From: an uncultured delta proteobacterium
GTDB lineage: Bacteria; Myxococcota_A; Polyangia; Fen-1088
Direction of reading: 5' to 3'
Assembly: GCA_963737265.1 (NCBI GenBank)
Contig: CAVTRY010000023.1
Location: 96,001-160,000 of the forward strand
DNA length: 64,000 nucleotides
Shown: positions 37,974 through 48,736 of the stretch, one piece after another
How positions within the stretch are numbered: position 1 is the stretch's first letter
Layout of the letters: each line of letters starts with the position of its first letter
Translations under genes and position numbers: made by a program
Notes under the pieces: model-generated
What the model saw: the letters and a program-made list of their open reading frames with translations, nothing else
Told to the model about the DNA's origin: nothing
Database searches by the model: none

Positions 37974-39491
37974 ATGGCAAAGATGAACCAAGCCCTGAGT
38001 GTTGCGTTGGCCTTTACCCTGCCCCTCACAACTACGTGCAGCGTTATCGTCGACAGAGGCGCGGTGCAGTGCGGCATTGATGCCGACTGTGCCAGGTTCG
38101 AAACCGGCAACATCGCGCATGCCGTCTGTAGCCAAGGCGTATGTGCCGATTCGGGGCTCGGCCCCAAAGGCTGCTTCTCCGGAACGCCCACGACCACCGT
38201 CCAGTACCTTAACGCATGCACCACCGCCCAGAGCATGCCGTTCGACAATTGCGCCAGGCTGGGACTTTGCGGCGCCGCCGCCTTGCCTGATCCAACACCT
38301 CCGGTCAGTGCGGGGACAATCACGGCAGCCATCAGCGCCGTGGCGCCACCCACAGTGAAGTGCGCGGATGCCGGGCCCAACGTGATCTACATGACTGGGA
38401 CATCCGACTTTGGGCCGTTGCTCAAGCAGGTCACCCCGCTGCTCATGGCCAATACCCCGCCCTATCGCCCCATCTTCATGGCGGGAACCTCGTGCGGCGG
38501 CGTAAGCTCCGTGTTCGATCCCACCTTGACCCTCATCAAGGACGTGCCCGGGACATCGACCAAGGCGGCCAACTACGCCTATTACTTCGATGACACGGGC
38601 ACGCAGGTTAGCTGCTTGCTCAACCCAGCGGGCAACACTGTCGACATTGGCGCATCCAACCTCTACTCGACAGTGTGCAATACGAACTTCGTGCCCAGCG
38701 AAACCGTTGCCGGGTACCTGGGGCCGGTCGTCACATTCGGCCTCACGGTGCCCGCGGTTTCGACGCAGAGCTCAATCAGCGTCGAAGCAGCGCACATCAT
38801 CTTCGGGCTCGGCGGGCAAAATCCCAACGGCATCGCCGCAAGCCCGTGGATCGATCCCGCCTATTATTCCATCCGCAATTCGGGCGCCGGATCGACCGCT
38901 TTGGCAGCGCAGCTCATCCAAGTACCGCGAACGGGATTCTGGGGCGTGGACCGCCTGTCGACCGACGCCATCAGCACCACGCTGAAGGACTCCGCGCAAC
39001 CCGAGGAATCCATCGGCATTCTCTCGATCGACTATGCGGACAAGGGGCGCGGCAACCTGCGCGTTCTCTATCTGCAAGGCGAAGGTCAGCTTACCGGGTT
39101 CCTGCCTGATTCCACCCCCACCTCTTTCAACAAGGAGAATGTTCGCGACGGACACTATCCCCTCTGGGGCTACGTTCACTTCTACACGGCGAATATCAAT
39201 GGCGCACCTTCCGCCGCGGCGGGGGCCTTCGTGACCGGCTTCTCGGTGCCCAAGCTCGATGGCGCGTTGGTGGATGCGATGATCGACGCGTCGCTGGTTC
39301 CTCAGTGCGCGATGCAGGTGGCTCGTAGCACCGAGATGGGCGACTTCCTGCACAATCCGAACAACTATCAATGCGGCTGCCACTTCGACTTCCGGACCAC
39401 CGGAAAAGCATCGTGCAAAACATGCACGACGTCCAACGATTGTACGGCGAGCTCCCCGGCGTGCAATTACGGCTTCTGCGAGACGCAGTAG
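37974..39491 (+). CDS. Exported protein with Cys-rich ends and a central periplasmic-binding-protein (PstS-like) domain
   Basis: Signal ending TTC-S; VDIGAS, IRNSGAGS, ENVRDGHYPLWG motifs; Cys clusters at both termini. Confidence 0.7.
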   Translation: MAKMNQALSVALAFTLPLTTTCSVIVDRGAVQCGIDADCARFETGNIAHAVCSQGVCADSGLGPKGCFSGTPTTTVQYLNACTTAQSMPFDNCARLGLCGAAALPDPTPPVSAGTITAAISAVAPPTVKCADAGPNVIYMTGTSDFGPLLKQVTPLLMANTPPYRPIFMAGTSCGGVSSVFDPTLTLIKDVPGTSTKAANYAYYFDDTGTQVSCLLNPAGNTVDIGASNLYSTVCNTNFVPSETVAGYLGPVVTFGLTVPAVSTQSSISVEAAHIIFGLGGQNPNGIAASPWIDPAYYSIRNSGAGSTALAAQLIQVPRTGFWGVDRLSTDAISTTLKDSAQPEESIGILSIDYADKGRGNLRVLYLQGEGQLTGFLPDSTPTSFNKENVRDGHYPLWGYVHFYTANINGAPSAAAGAFVTGFSVPKLDGALVDAMIDASLVPQCAMQVARSTEMGDFLHNPNNYQCGCHFDFRTTGKASCKTCTTSNDCTASSPACNYGFCETQ

Positions 39492-39618
39492 CATGCAGGG
39501 AGAAGCTCCGGAGGGGCCTCAGTCAGCTTTAGAATACAAGATCGTAGACTGCCAGTCCGCCACGCCACGATGTTGATGACGTGTGGGGTACTGGTCGACC
39601 GCGCGGAGGGCTCGAAGT

Positions 39619-40143
39619 ATGGGAGCAGCAACGCCGATAGTAGGAATAGCAATATCAGAGCAGGACATCGCCCCCGACGGCAATCCAGCCCGTTCAAGGC
39701 CATCCCGCACCGCAACCAACAACGACGTGCTGACGAAACGCCTGTTGAAAAGGTCGCCTAGCCACCTTGCCCTCGTGGCAGCGGGCCCGGCAGCCGTAAC
39801 GGCCGAACCGCCCGGCGCACTGGCGGGGGTAGGATCTGGCAAAAAGACGCTATGGCTGGCGGCAATCGCGGCACTCGGCGTAGCGGGCACACTCATTGCT
39901 TTCCTGCCGGCGACGCCGAACGCGGTGGCCGGATTGAGTCTCCGCGAGCTGGTCGGCTTTGAGGCGATCGTAGTTCTGGCTTTGAGTTTGCCGGCGGTGG
40001 TGCCAGGGACCCTGACTGGCCTCGCCATCTACGGAAGGATGTCAGACTCGAATTTCAAGCGCTTTACGTACTTGTTTCTGGGGATATCGGGCATCGCCCT
40101 CCTGGCGAAGACGCTGGGACCCGCGATCAGGAGCCTGTTGTGA
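39619..40143 (+). pseudogene. Probable internally deleted TauE/SafE (TSUP) transporter
   Basis: C-terminal PAVVPGTLTGLAIYGRMSDSNFKRFTYLFLGISG is TSUP-like, but only about 4 TM remain. Confidence 0.55.
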
Positions 40144-40212
40144 AGAGGTCGAGCGCATCCATGGATCCCACGCACGCAATGCTGATGATGGCGCGATGAA
40201 AGGCGGAGAACC

Positions 40213-41001
40213 GTGAACACGACACCCCTACGATTGGTCGCCATAGAAGAAAAACCCCCGGAAGAGGACGAACAGAGTGGCGCTCCCGTTATGATGATTA
40301 GCGAGCAAGACGCGATCACGCGAAGGGTGCCGGACTCCGAAATGATCGCCTCGCAGGACACCTTCCGGGACCTGCCAAAGGGATCCCCCAGGTTGAAGCT
40401 CTTCCTGCCAGCAGGTGCGGTCGTGGTCGCGGTCATGGTGGTTGTCGTTGGGTTGGCAACAAAGGGCAAAAGCACGGCCGCCCCGGCACCGGTCAACGCC
40501 ATCGCTGCACCGGTTCCGATTTCGGAGGAATCGCCCCAGCCGCGGCCATCCTCGGCGCCAGCCGCGCCCGCTGCGCCTTCATCTCCTCAGGGCAAGGCGG
40601 CACCCGAGATCATCCGCCTCGGAATCACCGCTGACCCTATGGAAACCGAGCTGAGCTTGGACGGCAACGTCCTCGCCAGCCATCGACTGAATCTGGAGGT
40701 CCCGAAGGATCGCGGTATTCACGTCGTTAGCGCCTCGGCGCCTGGGTACATTCCATTCAACCAGCAAGTCAGCTTCTCGAGCGATGTGGTCCTCAAGATC
40801 AGTTTGCACCGAGCCCATACGCCGCCTGTTCGCCAGGCGGCAAGATCGCGACCGTCCCAACTAGAGTCAAGCACCAAGCACAACATCCGACCGACGGCCG
40901 TGTCGCCGCGCCCAGGCCTGGAGCCCGGCATGAACCTGGAGGGTCCATCCATGCGACCCAGCGCCAAACAGATTGACGAAAGGAATCCATACAAGCCATG
41001 A
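40213..41001 (+). CDS. Single-TM Pro-rich protein with a PEGA-like domain
   Basis: TM, Pro/Ala linker, ITADP..LSLDG...SAPGY, ends NPY. Confidence 0.75.
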   Translation: MNTTPLRLVAIEEKPPEEDEQSGAPVMMISEQDAITRRVPDSEMIASQDTFRDLPKGSPRLKLFLPAGAVVVAVMVVVVGLATKGKSTAAPAPVNAIAAPVPISEESPQPRPSSAPAAPAAPSSPQGKAAPEIIRLGITADPMETELSLDGNVLASHRLNLEVPKDRGIHVVSASAPGYIPFNQQVSFSSDVVLKISLHRAHTPPVRQAARSRPSQLESSTKHNIRPTAVSPRPGLEPGMNLEGPSMRPSAKQIDERNPYKP

Positions 41002-41996
41002 AAACACAGGTCTTTGCCCTATCCATTGTATTGACATGGCTTTTCATTCCCCAGGCGGCGAGTGCCCAGGCGCAAGGCACTGAAGATTCTGACGCAGCAA
41101 AGGCTGCCGTCAGGTTTCAAAGAGGCGTTGAATTGTACCGCGAGGGGAGTTACGAGGGCGCGCTGGCCGAATTCAGCAAAGCCTACCAAGTCAGCCCGTC
41201 CTACCCTGTGATCTACAATATCGCGCAGACGCAGTATGCGCTTCACGACTTCGTGGGCGCCTACAAGTCCTACCTGCGATACATGGCCGAAGGTGGCGGG
41301 GCGATCTCCGCCGATCGTCGCGCCCAGGTCGACGACATGACTGTTAAGCTCGTGGGAAGGATCGCCAATGTGCAGATTTCGACGAATGTGACCGGCGCCG
41401 ACATTCGGGTCGACGACGTCAGCGTGGGAACCTCACCGCTACCCGGGCCCGTTCCCGTCAATGTGGGAACGCGCAAAGTGAGCGCGGCCAAAGCCGGTTC
41501 GCCCGAGACTGTCCGCGTGCTTACCGTGGCTGGACGAGAGAATGTAAGAGTCGACCTCCAGATCGATGTCCCCACTGTCGCTTCGGCAAAGCTCGCGCCA
41601 AGCGCCGCCGGGTCGCTGTCCGCATCGATGGTCGCGAAGGCGCCGGTTCAGACCGCCCCCTCGCGAATCGGCCTGATCGCCAGTTTGTCGGCGACCGGGG
41701 CTTTCGCCATCGGAACCGGCGTGTGCGGTTTCCTTGCACTAGGCGCCCAAAAGAATCTGAACGACCAGATCAATACCTATCCAAACACCAAGAACAACAT
41801 TGAGAGCGCGCGTACAAAGAGCAAGAACTATGGATACGTCACCGATGCTCTTGGCGCTGCCACCCTCATCTCAGGCGGCGCGGCCCTCTACCTCTTGCTC
41901 AGCGGCGATTGGCTAACGCCAAAGTCCAAACAAACGCACAAGGCCATCATGGTGTCCCCCACCTTGGGTGGAATGGCTGTGGAAGGAATCTTTTGA
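40998..41996 (+). CDS. TPR + PEGA domain protein
   Basis: Signal, FQRGVELY...ALAEF..AY...YNIAQ, GADIRVDD..VG.SPL; ATGA overlap. Confidence 0.85.
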   Translation: MKTQVFALSIVLTWLFIPQAASAQAQGTEDSDAAKAAVRFQRGVELYREGSYEGALAEFSKAYQVSPSYPVIYNIAQTQYALHDFVGAYKSYLRYMAEGGGAISADRRAQVDDMTVKLVGRIANVQISTNVTGADIRVDDVSVGTSPLPGPVPVNVGTRKVSAAKAGSPETVRVLTVAGRENVRVDLQIDVPTVASAKLAPSAAGSLSASMVAKAPVQTAPSRIGLIASLSATGAFAIGTGVCGFLALGAQKNLNDQINTYPNTKNNIESARTKSKNYGYVTDALGAATLISGGAALYLLLSGDWLTPKSKQTHKAIMVSPTLGGMAVEGIF

Positions 41997-42429
41997 CCGC
42001 GATCCCACGGTCGGGCCCATGAAGCTCCTTTGGTGCTTTAGGGCTCGTCAAAGAATAGATGCTCCGAGTTGGGCGACGAGGCGCCCGCATGGCGAGGCGC
42101 GAGGAGGAGGAGTACTTGACGTATTCCGACGACGAGCAACAAAGCCAGCCGGGATGGATCGTCGTCCAAATCGTTGCAGTGCCAATTGTGCAAGAAAAGC
42201 CGATGGGCTGGCGCCGCGCGCACGCTATACGTTTCCAAATCCATAGCGGAACGTCTTCGTAAATTTACAATCATGATCCTGCACCGAAACCGCACCTGGG
42301 TAATGCTTCATAAACAGGAAGGGAGGTCGTCACCATCGATCGACTTGCAGGCAGCCTGCCAAACGACTTCAGGCCGGCGCTGGTCTACGGCTAGACTAAG
42401 AACCAGCGACCGGCCTCGGGAAAGGAGAC

Positions 42430-43866
42430 ATGGCTCTCTCGCTTACGGTTTCAGAACGCACCCGCCGCGTGGTCACATCCGATCTCGAAATCAGCATCAT
42501 CGGCGAATGCACCTATCCGTCGCCCCTGGCGGGGCGCCTGGCCGCGGGCGCGATTCACTACGTCGGTCAAGCAGATCGCGTGCTGCTCGAAGATCGCATT
42601 TCGGCAATTATGCAACACGCCGGCGATGCAGCGCACGCGCCGGCCTTCGAGCTGGCGGGGCCACGCCACAAGGTGTTCTTCGACACGGGGCAATTGCGCT
42701 GCGGCATCGTTACCTGTGGCGGACTTTGTCCCGGACTTAACAATGTCGTGCGCGGCTTAGTACTGGGACTTTGGCATAGCTACGGCGTCCAGGAAATCTT
42801 CGGCTTCAGATATGGCTATGCGGGCCTGGTTCAGCGCCACGGGCACGGCCCGGTTCGCCTCAGCCCGGCCGTGGTCTCCGGTATCCATCACGAAGGTGGC
42901 ACGATGCTCGGCACCTCGCGCGGCAATCAGAACCCTGTGGAGATCGTCGACCGACTCCATCAGATGGGGATCGGCATCCTGTTCGTCGTTGGTGGTGACG
43001 GTACATTTCGCGGCGCCATGACCGTGGTCGAGGAAATCCGTAAACGGCGGCTTCCCATCGGGATCATCGGCGTTCCCAAGACCATCGACAACGATATCCA
43101 TTTCATCGACCGCAGCTTCGGCTTCGAAACGGCCTTTTCGGTTGCCGTCGACGTCATTGGCAGCGCCCACGTGGAGGCGCTTGGTACCCATGACTGCATC
43201 AGCATCGTCAAATTGATGGGGCGCCATTCGGGATTCATCGCCTGCCACGCGGCGCTGGCATCTACCGATGTGGATGTCGTGCTGATTCCGGAAGTGCCTG
43301 TCCCGCTTGAGGGGCGAGACGGTCTGTTCGAGTATCTCGAACGGCGACTCGAAGCCGAGTCCCATGCTCTTATCGTTGTGGCCGAGGGGGCAGGCCAAGA
43401 ACACTGTGTGCCGACCGGCGAGGGAACGACCGTGCCCACCGACGCCAGCGGTAATGTGAAGTTAAGTGATATAGGGGTCGTGCTGCGTGACAAGATCATC
43501 GAACGGTTCAAACGCAAGCGAGTCGATGTGGCCGTCAAGTATATCGACCCCAGCTACTACATTCGCAGCGTCCCCGCTGCCCCAGCCGACAGCGTCTACT
43601 GCTGGAACTTGGCGCGCAACGCGGTTCACGCGGGCATGGCCGGCAACACCGACATGATCATCGGTCGCTGGCATGGGCGATTCGTCCACGTGCCCATGCC
43701 GCTCGCGACTCGCTTCCGAAAGCAGGTGGACGTGCATGGCGATCTTTGGGCCGCAGTTGTTGAAGCGACGGGGCAGCCTGCCTTCTCCGATTCGAAGCTG
43801 GAAGTGCAGGATGGAAGCTCGCAAGCCTTGTCCCAGCCCAACGATCTGCGTGTTCCTGAACAATAG
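42430..43866 (+). CDS. pfkA: 6-phosphofructokinase (long, group X type, probably ATP-dependent)
   Basis: TCGGLCPGLN, GGDGT, PKTIDND, KLMGRHSG, VAEG, YIDPSY. Confidence 0.92.
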   Translation: MALSLTVSERTRRVVTSDLEISIIGECTYPSPLAGRLAAGAIHYVGQADRVLLEDRISAIMQHAGDAAHAPAFELAGPRHKVFFDTGQLRCGIVTCGGLCPGLNNVVRGLVLGLWHSYGVQEIFGFRYGYAGLVQRHGHGPVRLSPAVVSGIHHEGGTMLGTSRGNQNPVEIVDRLHQMGIGILFVVGGDGTFRGAMTVVEEIRKRRLPIGIIGVPKTIDNDIHFIDRSFGFETAFSVAVDVIGSAHVEALGTHDCISIVKLMGRHSGFIACHAALASTDVDVVLIPEVPVPLEGRDGLFEYLERRLEAESHALIVVAEGAGQEHCVPTGEGTTVPTDASGNVKLSDIGVVLRDKIIERFKRKRVDVAVKYIDPSYYIRSVPAAPADSVYCWNLARNAVHAGMAGNTDMIIGRWHGRFVHVPMPLATRFRKQVDVHGDLWAAVVEATGQPAFSDSKLEVQDGSSQALSQPNDLRVPEQ

Positions 43867-43943
43867 CCAGACACGAGAGGCACGCTACCTTTCCCCTGGG
43901 CAAGGTCGTGATACCGCCGGGGGCGCTACGAATCTTCTTGTCA

Positions 43944-44732
43944 TCAAGGCTCTCTCTGAAGGTTCGCTGCGTGCGGACAAACGTTCTGTTGCCACAGCGA
44001 TGAAGGCGAGCGAAACGGCAGCACCACCCGATGACTCGCCTTGTCCGCCAATGCGTAGGTCATGGTCACCGAGGTAAGGCACTTGAGCGCGGGCTGGTCC
44101 GGCGTATTGATGACCAGCCAACGCTTGACAAAGAGCCCAGGCGGCACGTCGAAGGGCCCGCCAAACAAGTGACCCTCCCCGAAGTGGGGCTCGCCATCCG
44201 CAGCGCCTGCCTCTGCTTCGACATTGGCGGCCAGCATGGTCGTGACAGCTACCAGGGATGCCATACCACCCAGCGCGCGCAGGCCACGCGCGCCTCGCGG
44301 CGCGGATGCCGAAACCAGGGCGCCGCCCAGACCAAGCACCGCGAGCGCCGTAGCATCGTTGGCGTTCTTAATGGCGTTGCGCTGGGAAGTTGCGTCGGCC
44401 CAACTCTTCAACTGGGTTCCCCAGGGAAAGTAAACCGCCTGATTGTTCTGCTCGCTTCCGAAGTCGAGCGCTACCTGCTCCACCCGAATCCACTTTCCGC
44501 TCGGATTCTCGAAGGTGAATTCGATCTCGCCAAAGTACTGGCTCGACATGGAGATAATCTCGCCGGCACTTACCTTCAGGGGCGCTGCCTTGGCCGCTTC
44601 CAGGTACGGACGTCCAAGGGCATCCACGCTGGTGCCATGCGGGCCGCTGGCGATCTCCGCACACCCAGCAGACCCAAGCAGGAGGAACAGAAGCAACCCA
44701 GAGATCCGGGCTAGGCGAGACGAAGGCGGCAT
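43944..44732 (-). CDS. Predicted lipoprotein, unknown function
   Basis: Lipobox SAGC; internal Gly/Ala hydrophobic hairpin. Confidence 0.7.
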   Translation of the reverse strand: MPPSSRLARISGLLLFLLLGSAGCAEIASGPHGTSVDALGRPYLEAAKAAPLKVSAGEIISMSSQYFGEIEFTFENPSGKWIRVEQVALDFGSEQNNQAVYFPWGTQLKSWADATSQRNAIKNANDATALAVLGLGGALVSASAPRGARGLRALGGMASLVAVTTMLAANVEAEAGAADGEPHFGEGHLFGGPFDVPPGLFVKRWLVINTPDQPALKCLTSVTMTYALADKASHRVVLPFRSPSSLWQQNVCPHAANLQREP

Positions 44733-44885
44733 GTGCGAATGATACACCGTCCTACTTGACGGGACAGGAAGAACAACGTGGCGCTTCTTCGCCAGGCCGA
44801 CCCCAAGCCAGGACAGGCCCGCATGATGGTGCAAAGCACCTTCTCTTGCACCGGCTGCCACGAGCGATGAACCAGGGACGGCCTA

Positions 44886-44911
44886 GGTGTAGGGACAGTT
44901 CGGTGTGTAGG
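44886..44911. repeat. Dispersed short repeat, copy 1
   Basis: GGTGTAGGGACAGTT-C-GGTGTGTAGG; inverted copy at 57156-57173. Confidence 0.5.
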
Positions 44912-45005
44912 CAGACGATCGGTGCGTTCACCACCCTCGATTTTTCCACGAGAAAGGTCTCGTTCCCGGCGCGCGATCTGCCCCATCGGTGACAACAAAA
45001 GCAGG

Positions 45006-45034
45006 ATTTACAAATGGTAAAACCAGAAGTAAAT
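45006..45034. promoter_or_regulatory. Palindromic operator-like site before the AAA-DUF4143 gene
   Basis: ATTTAC-aaa-TGGT-aaa-ACCA-gaa-GTAAAT. Confidence 0.5.
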
Positions 45035-45041
45035 TTCGTCT

Positions 45042-46187
45042 GTGATAATCCTGCGGCCCTTCTGGATGGAAAAGCTTCGGCGCGCCTGGAGCCGCGTGCC
45101 GATCGCGTGGCTGTCAGGCGTGCGCCGGATCGGCAAGACGACGTTGGCGCAATGCCTGGACGGGGCCATGTACCTGAGCTGCGACATCCCCAGCACCGCC
45201 GATCGCATCGCCGATCCCGAACGATTTCTGCGCTCGGTAGAGGCGCCCGTCCTGATCCTGGACGAGATTCATCAGCTTCCCGATCCCAGCCGCTTGCTGA
45301 AGATTTCGGCGGACTCCTTCCCGCACCTCAAGGTTCTGGCCACCGGGTCTTCGACCCTCGCGGCCACGCAAAAGTTCCGCGACTCCCTCACTGGACGCAA
45401 GCAGACGATCCACCTGCAGCCCGTGCTGGTGCGGGAACTGCCGTCCTTCGGGGTAAAGGATCTGCAACGACGATTGCTCCGTGGCGGTCTGCCATCGGCC
45501 TTGCTTTCCGAGCAGCGCCAGCCGGAATTCTATGCTGAGTGGCTCAACTCGTTCTTTGCACGCGACGTACAGGAGCTGTTCCGGGTGGAGAAGCGGTCGG
45601 CTTTTCTGCGCCTGGTCGAGCTGCTGCTGCGTCAGAGCGGTGGGCTGTGTGACTTCACGTCGATCGCGCGCGCGTGCGAGTTGAGTCGGCCGACGGTCGT
45701 GAACTACATGGAGGTCTTGCAGGTCACCCATGCCGTCACCCTGCTTCGCCCGTACCACGGCAGCGGAAAGCAGGAGCTGGTTCGCCAACCCAAGGTCTAC
45801 GGCTTCGACAGCGGCTTCGTGGCGTATTGTCGCGGATGGAACGAACTGCGCCCTGAGGATTGCGGGCTGCTGTGGGAGCACCTAGTGCTGGAAGCCCTGA
45901 TGGCGTTCTCCCCGGCGCGCACCGTCCACTACTGGCGAGATAAGCAACAACGCGAGGTGGACTTCGTGTTGCCCGCAGGTCGCAACGCTGCCGACGCCAT
46001 CGAGTGCAAGTGGTCAGTCTCGTCGTTCGATCCGAAGGGCGTGTTCGCCTTCAGGGAGACCCATGCGGCGGGACGCAATTTCGTGGTGGTCCCCGACCTG
46101 CCCGCGCCGCTTGAGCGGAAGCACGGGAAGCTCAAGGTGACCTTCCTCTCACTTGAAGCCCTGGAGAAGGCTTTCGACACAAGATAG
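45042..46187 (+). CDS. AAA ATPase with DUF4143 domain
   Basis: GVRRIGKTT, LDEIH, ATGSS, SLTGR, RGGLP, PKVYGFDSG, EVDFV, IECK. Confidence 0.92.
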   Translation: MIILRPFWMEKLRRAWSRVPIAWLSGVRRIGKTTLAQCLDGAMYLSCDIPSTADRIADPERFLRSVEAPVLILDEIHQLPDPSRLLKISADSFPHLKVLATGSSTLAATQKFRDSLTGRKQTIHLQPVLVRELPSFGVKDLQRRLLRGGLPSALLSEQRQPEFYAEWLNSFFARDVQELFRVEKRSAFLRLVELLLRQSGGLCDFTSIARACELSRPTVVNYMEVLQVTHAVTLLRPYHGSGKQELVRQPKVYGFDSGFVAYCRGWNELRPEDCGLLWEHLVLEALMAFSPARTVHYWRDKQQREVDFVLPAGRNAADAIECKWSVSSFDPKGVFAFRETHAAGRNFVVVPDLPAPLERKHGKLKVTFLSLEALEKAFDTR

Positions 46188-46389
46188 CCCAGCGAAGAAC
46201 TGCCAAGCGGCGTGCCTGGCCTTTTTACCATTGCCGGGCAGCGATCTTTCCGTCGACTACGTGGATGTGCGCGAGGATCGATGGAGAATATCGTCCTTCT
46301 CCTCGTGGAATTGTTCCTTGCCTTCCGTGATCAGACGATGAAGCCGTCATCAGCTCATCTGCTGCTAATGAAAAGTATAGATCCCATCC

Positions 46390-47268
46390 TTATGCCTGAT
46401 CCGGAGTCCCATGGGCCAGTTGCTCATCGATCCACGCTGCCATCGATTTCTTCGGCTCGCCCATCGCCGCATTAGTCACGTCCGCCCACGCTTCCCACGT
46501 CTCCAGCCGCTCCGCATATGCGGCGCGGGCCCTCGGCAGAATAGAAGTGCCTAGCCCAAATCGCAGCGGCGGGTTTTCCGCATCCACGAGCTTCAGGATG
46601 GCTTCTGCCGTCGCCTCTGGATCTCCGCGCTCAACATTCGCCAGGTGCATCAGAAACTGCTTCCGGAACTCCGCGTATGGTTCCAGAACATCCGCGATCT
46701 GTGAGGACTTTCCGAAGTCGGTTGCGTAGGCTCCAGGTTCAACAAGTGTCACCTTCAACCCAAACGCCCTCACCTCCTGCGCGAGAGATTCGTGGAGCGC
46801 TTCGACAGCCCACTTCGTGGCGCAATAGAAGCCGATGAGTGGCAATGCCGTTATCCCAAGCCCGCTCGAGACCCCGAGAATGTGACCGCTCCCTTGTTTC
46901 CGCAGCAAAGGCAGAGCCGCTCGGAGTACTCGGACCATGCCCAGGTAGTTCGCATCGAAGAGACCGCTGATCTGCTCGTCGCTCGCTTCCTCTGTTGCCG
47001 CGAACAGGCTCATGCCAGCATTGTTCACAAGGACGTCTAGCCTGCCGAAGTGCGCGTATGCCCGATGAACCACCTCATGCACCTGCGCGGAGTCGGTGAC
47101 GTCGAGCGCTAGAGGCAGCACCGCATCGCCGAAACGTACTGCTAGATCGGCGACGTCTGCGAGTTTGCGGGCGGTCGCTGTAACCCGATCACCGCGTTTA
47201 AGAGCAGCCTCGGCCCAGAGGCGGCCGAACCCGCGCGAGGCGCCGGTGATGAACCATGTCTTTTTCAT
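46390..47268 (-). CDS. Short-chain dehydrogenase/reductase
   Basis: TGASRGFG, NNAG, YCATK, VEPG. Confidence 0.93.
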   Translation of the reverse strand: MKKTWFITGASRGFGRLWAEAALKRGDRVTATARKLADVADLAVRFGDAVLPLALDVTDSAQVHEVVHRAYAHFGRLDVLVNNAGMSLFAATEEASDEQISGLFDANYLGMVRVLRAALPLLRKQGSGHILGVSSGLGITALPLIGFYCATKWAVEALHESLAQEVRAFGLKVTLVEPGAYATDFGKSSQIADVLEPYAEFRKQFLMHLANVERGDPEATAEAILKLVDAENPPLRFGLGTSILPRARAAYAERLETWEAWADVTNAAMGEPKKSMAAWIDEQLAHGTPDQA

Positions 47269-47338
47269 GTCGATTCCTCCGTGATTGTGGGGTTAGGTTC
47301 CAGCTAAGATTGACCAAAGGATGCCGTCTCGACTAAAA

Positions 47339-47386
47339 CGGAGACAGTCTCCGAGTGAGTAGATAACCGGAGACATCCTCCGGTTA
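47339..47386. promoter_or_regulatory. Two TetR operator palindromes
   Basis: CGGAGAC-A-GTCTCCG and TAACCGGAG-ACATC-CTCCGGTTA between the divergent SDR and TetR genes. Confidence 0.75.
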
Positions 47387-47401
47387 CAAGAATTCTTGGA
47401 G

Positions 47402-47983
47402 ATGACGAAGAAACTTTCCACGACCGCCCGGAAACCCCGCACGGACGCGCTGCGCAACCGCGAGCGTATCCTTGAAGTCGCAAAGGCGGCCTTTACCCGA
47501 CAAGGCGCCAATGCCAGTCTGGACGAAATCGCGAAGCGGGCGGGTGTTGGAGCAGGTACCCTGTATCGCCATTTCCCTTCGCGGGGTGAGCTAATCGAAG
47601 GTGTTTACCGGAATGAAGTGGGGAAACTTGCGGCTGCCGCTGCCCGCTTCGCCGAGACCATGTCTCCGCTCGAATCGCTTCGAGCCTGGATGCTGCTGCT
47701 GGTCGATTACATCTCGGCAAAGCACATCATTGCGCCCGCTCTCAATAGCGTAGTCGGAGGCCCGTCCAGGCTCTATGAAGGCTCACGCACCATGATCCAC
47801 GGCGCGATCGATGAGCTGGTCAAGCGCGCCAAGACGAGTGGCGATGTGCGCAGAGATCTCGATGCATTCGACCTGCTTCGAGCCCTGATCGGCGTCTCGC
47901 ATGTGGGCTCCGGCGCAAATTGGCAGCAAAGCGCCAGGAGACTGGTGGACATCCTCATCGCAGGCTCACGCCCCCTCAAATAG
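47402..47983 (+). CDS. TetR family regulator
   Basis: RTDALRNRERIL, IAKRAGVGAGTLYRHFP. Confidence 0.93.
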   Translation: MTKKLSTTARKPRTDALRNRERILEVAKAAFTRQGANASLDEIAKRAGVGAGTLYRHFPSRGELIEGVYRNEVGKLAAAAARFAETMSPLESLRAWMLLLVDYISAKHIIAPALNSVVGGPSRLYEGSRTMIHGAIDELVKRAKTSGDVRRDLDAFDLLRALIGVSHVGSGANWQQSARRLVDILIAGSRPLK

Positions 47984-48023
47984 ACCGCGTCTCGGAGACG
48001 TCCGACCGAAGCAATTCAGGCGC

Positions 48024-48142
48024 TCACGACCGGGCGGGCTTGATGCCGAGCCGGCCGAAATCCGGGCCAGCTCGGCATCGTCAGAGATCCCTTGAAAGTC
48101 GTAGCGTGGCGTGTAGGGGGCCTCGAGCGCGGTCACCTCCGC
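48024..48142 (-). pseudogene. 3' fragment of an aldo/keto reductase, frameshifted
   Basis: AEVTALEAPYTPRYDFQGISDDAELARISA / RLGIKPARS-stop. Confidence 0.6.
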
Positions 48143-48193
48143 AGCGCACCTCGTCTTGACCATGCCCGCCCTTGTCGCGATAGTGCATGGCCC

Positions 48194-48736
48194 ATGGTTC
48201 GAACACTGCTCGCGTTCTGCTGCATCCCTTTGCTTCTATCCTGTGCCTCGGCCCCCGCACGGCCGCTGCGGTTCGTGGATTGCACGCAGATGGACTATTG
48301 CGACCCGCTCATCGAATGGCCAGACCCAACCTGGTCGGCGAAGCACGAGGCGCTGTACTGGCAAGGGGTTCGGTCCATCTTGCGTGAGATGGCGTGCGGG
48401 AAGATGGTATCCAGGGGGAGCAGGCTGGCGTACGTGGCAGCCGAGGATCTGTCTGTACCCTGTGCGGCTGGCCCGGCGCAGATTCGACACGTGAAGAATC
48501 GAGACGACGGCAACAGGCTGCTGGCTGCGGGACGTATCGACTATGTGGTGGAGTTCGATCGAGCAAATGCATCCAGCGTCAGGGATGGAATCGAGGTGCC
48601 TCTGTCGGCGAGCTTCTACGGAAGAACCAGAAAGACAGGGACCGATTCCCGACTGGAAGGCATGGACAACTATCTGATCGTGCAGACCGAAGCCACGACT
48701 GAAGTTCGCCTCGTTTCGCGGGCCGCCCACGAGTGA
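48194..48736 (+). CDS. Predicted lipoprotein, unknown function
   Basis: MVRTLLAFCCIPLLLSC lipobox. Confidence 0.6.
   Translation: MVRTLLAFCCIPLLLSCASAPARPLRFVDCTQMDYCDPLIEWPDPTWSAKHEALYWQGVRSILREMACGKMVSRGSRLAYVAAEDLSVPCAAGPAQIRHVKNRDDGNRLLAAGRIDYVVEFDRANASSVRDGIEVPLSASFYGRTRKTGTDSRLEGMDNYLIVQTEATTEVRLVSRAAHE

Noticed and set aside
37530-38135. N-terminal 200 aa of the 722-aa kinase ORF
   Set aside because: Overlaps the divergent gene and has no protein-like features; the real start is near 37529
46210-46290. Possible XisI-like fragment (ILAHIHVVDGKI) on the minus strand
   Set aside because: Only about 12 residues of weak similarity
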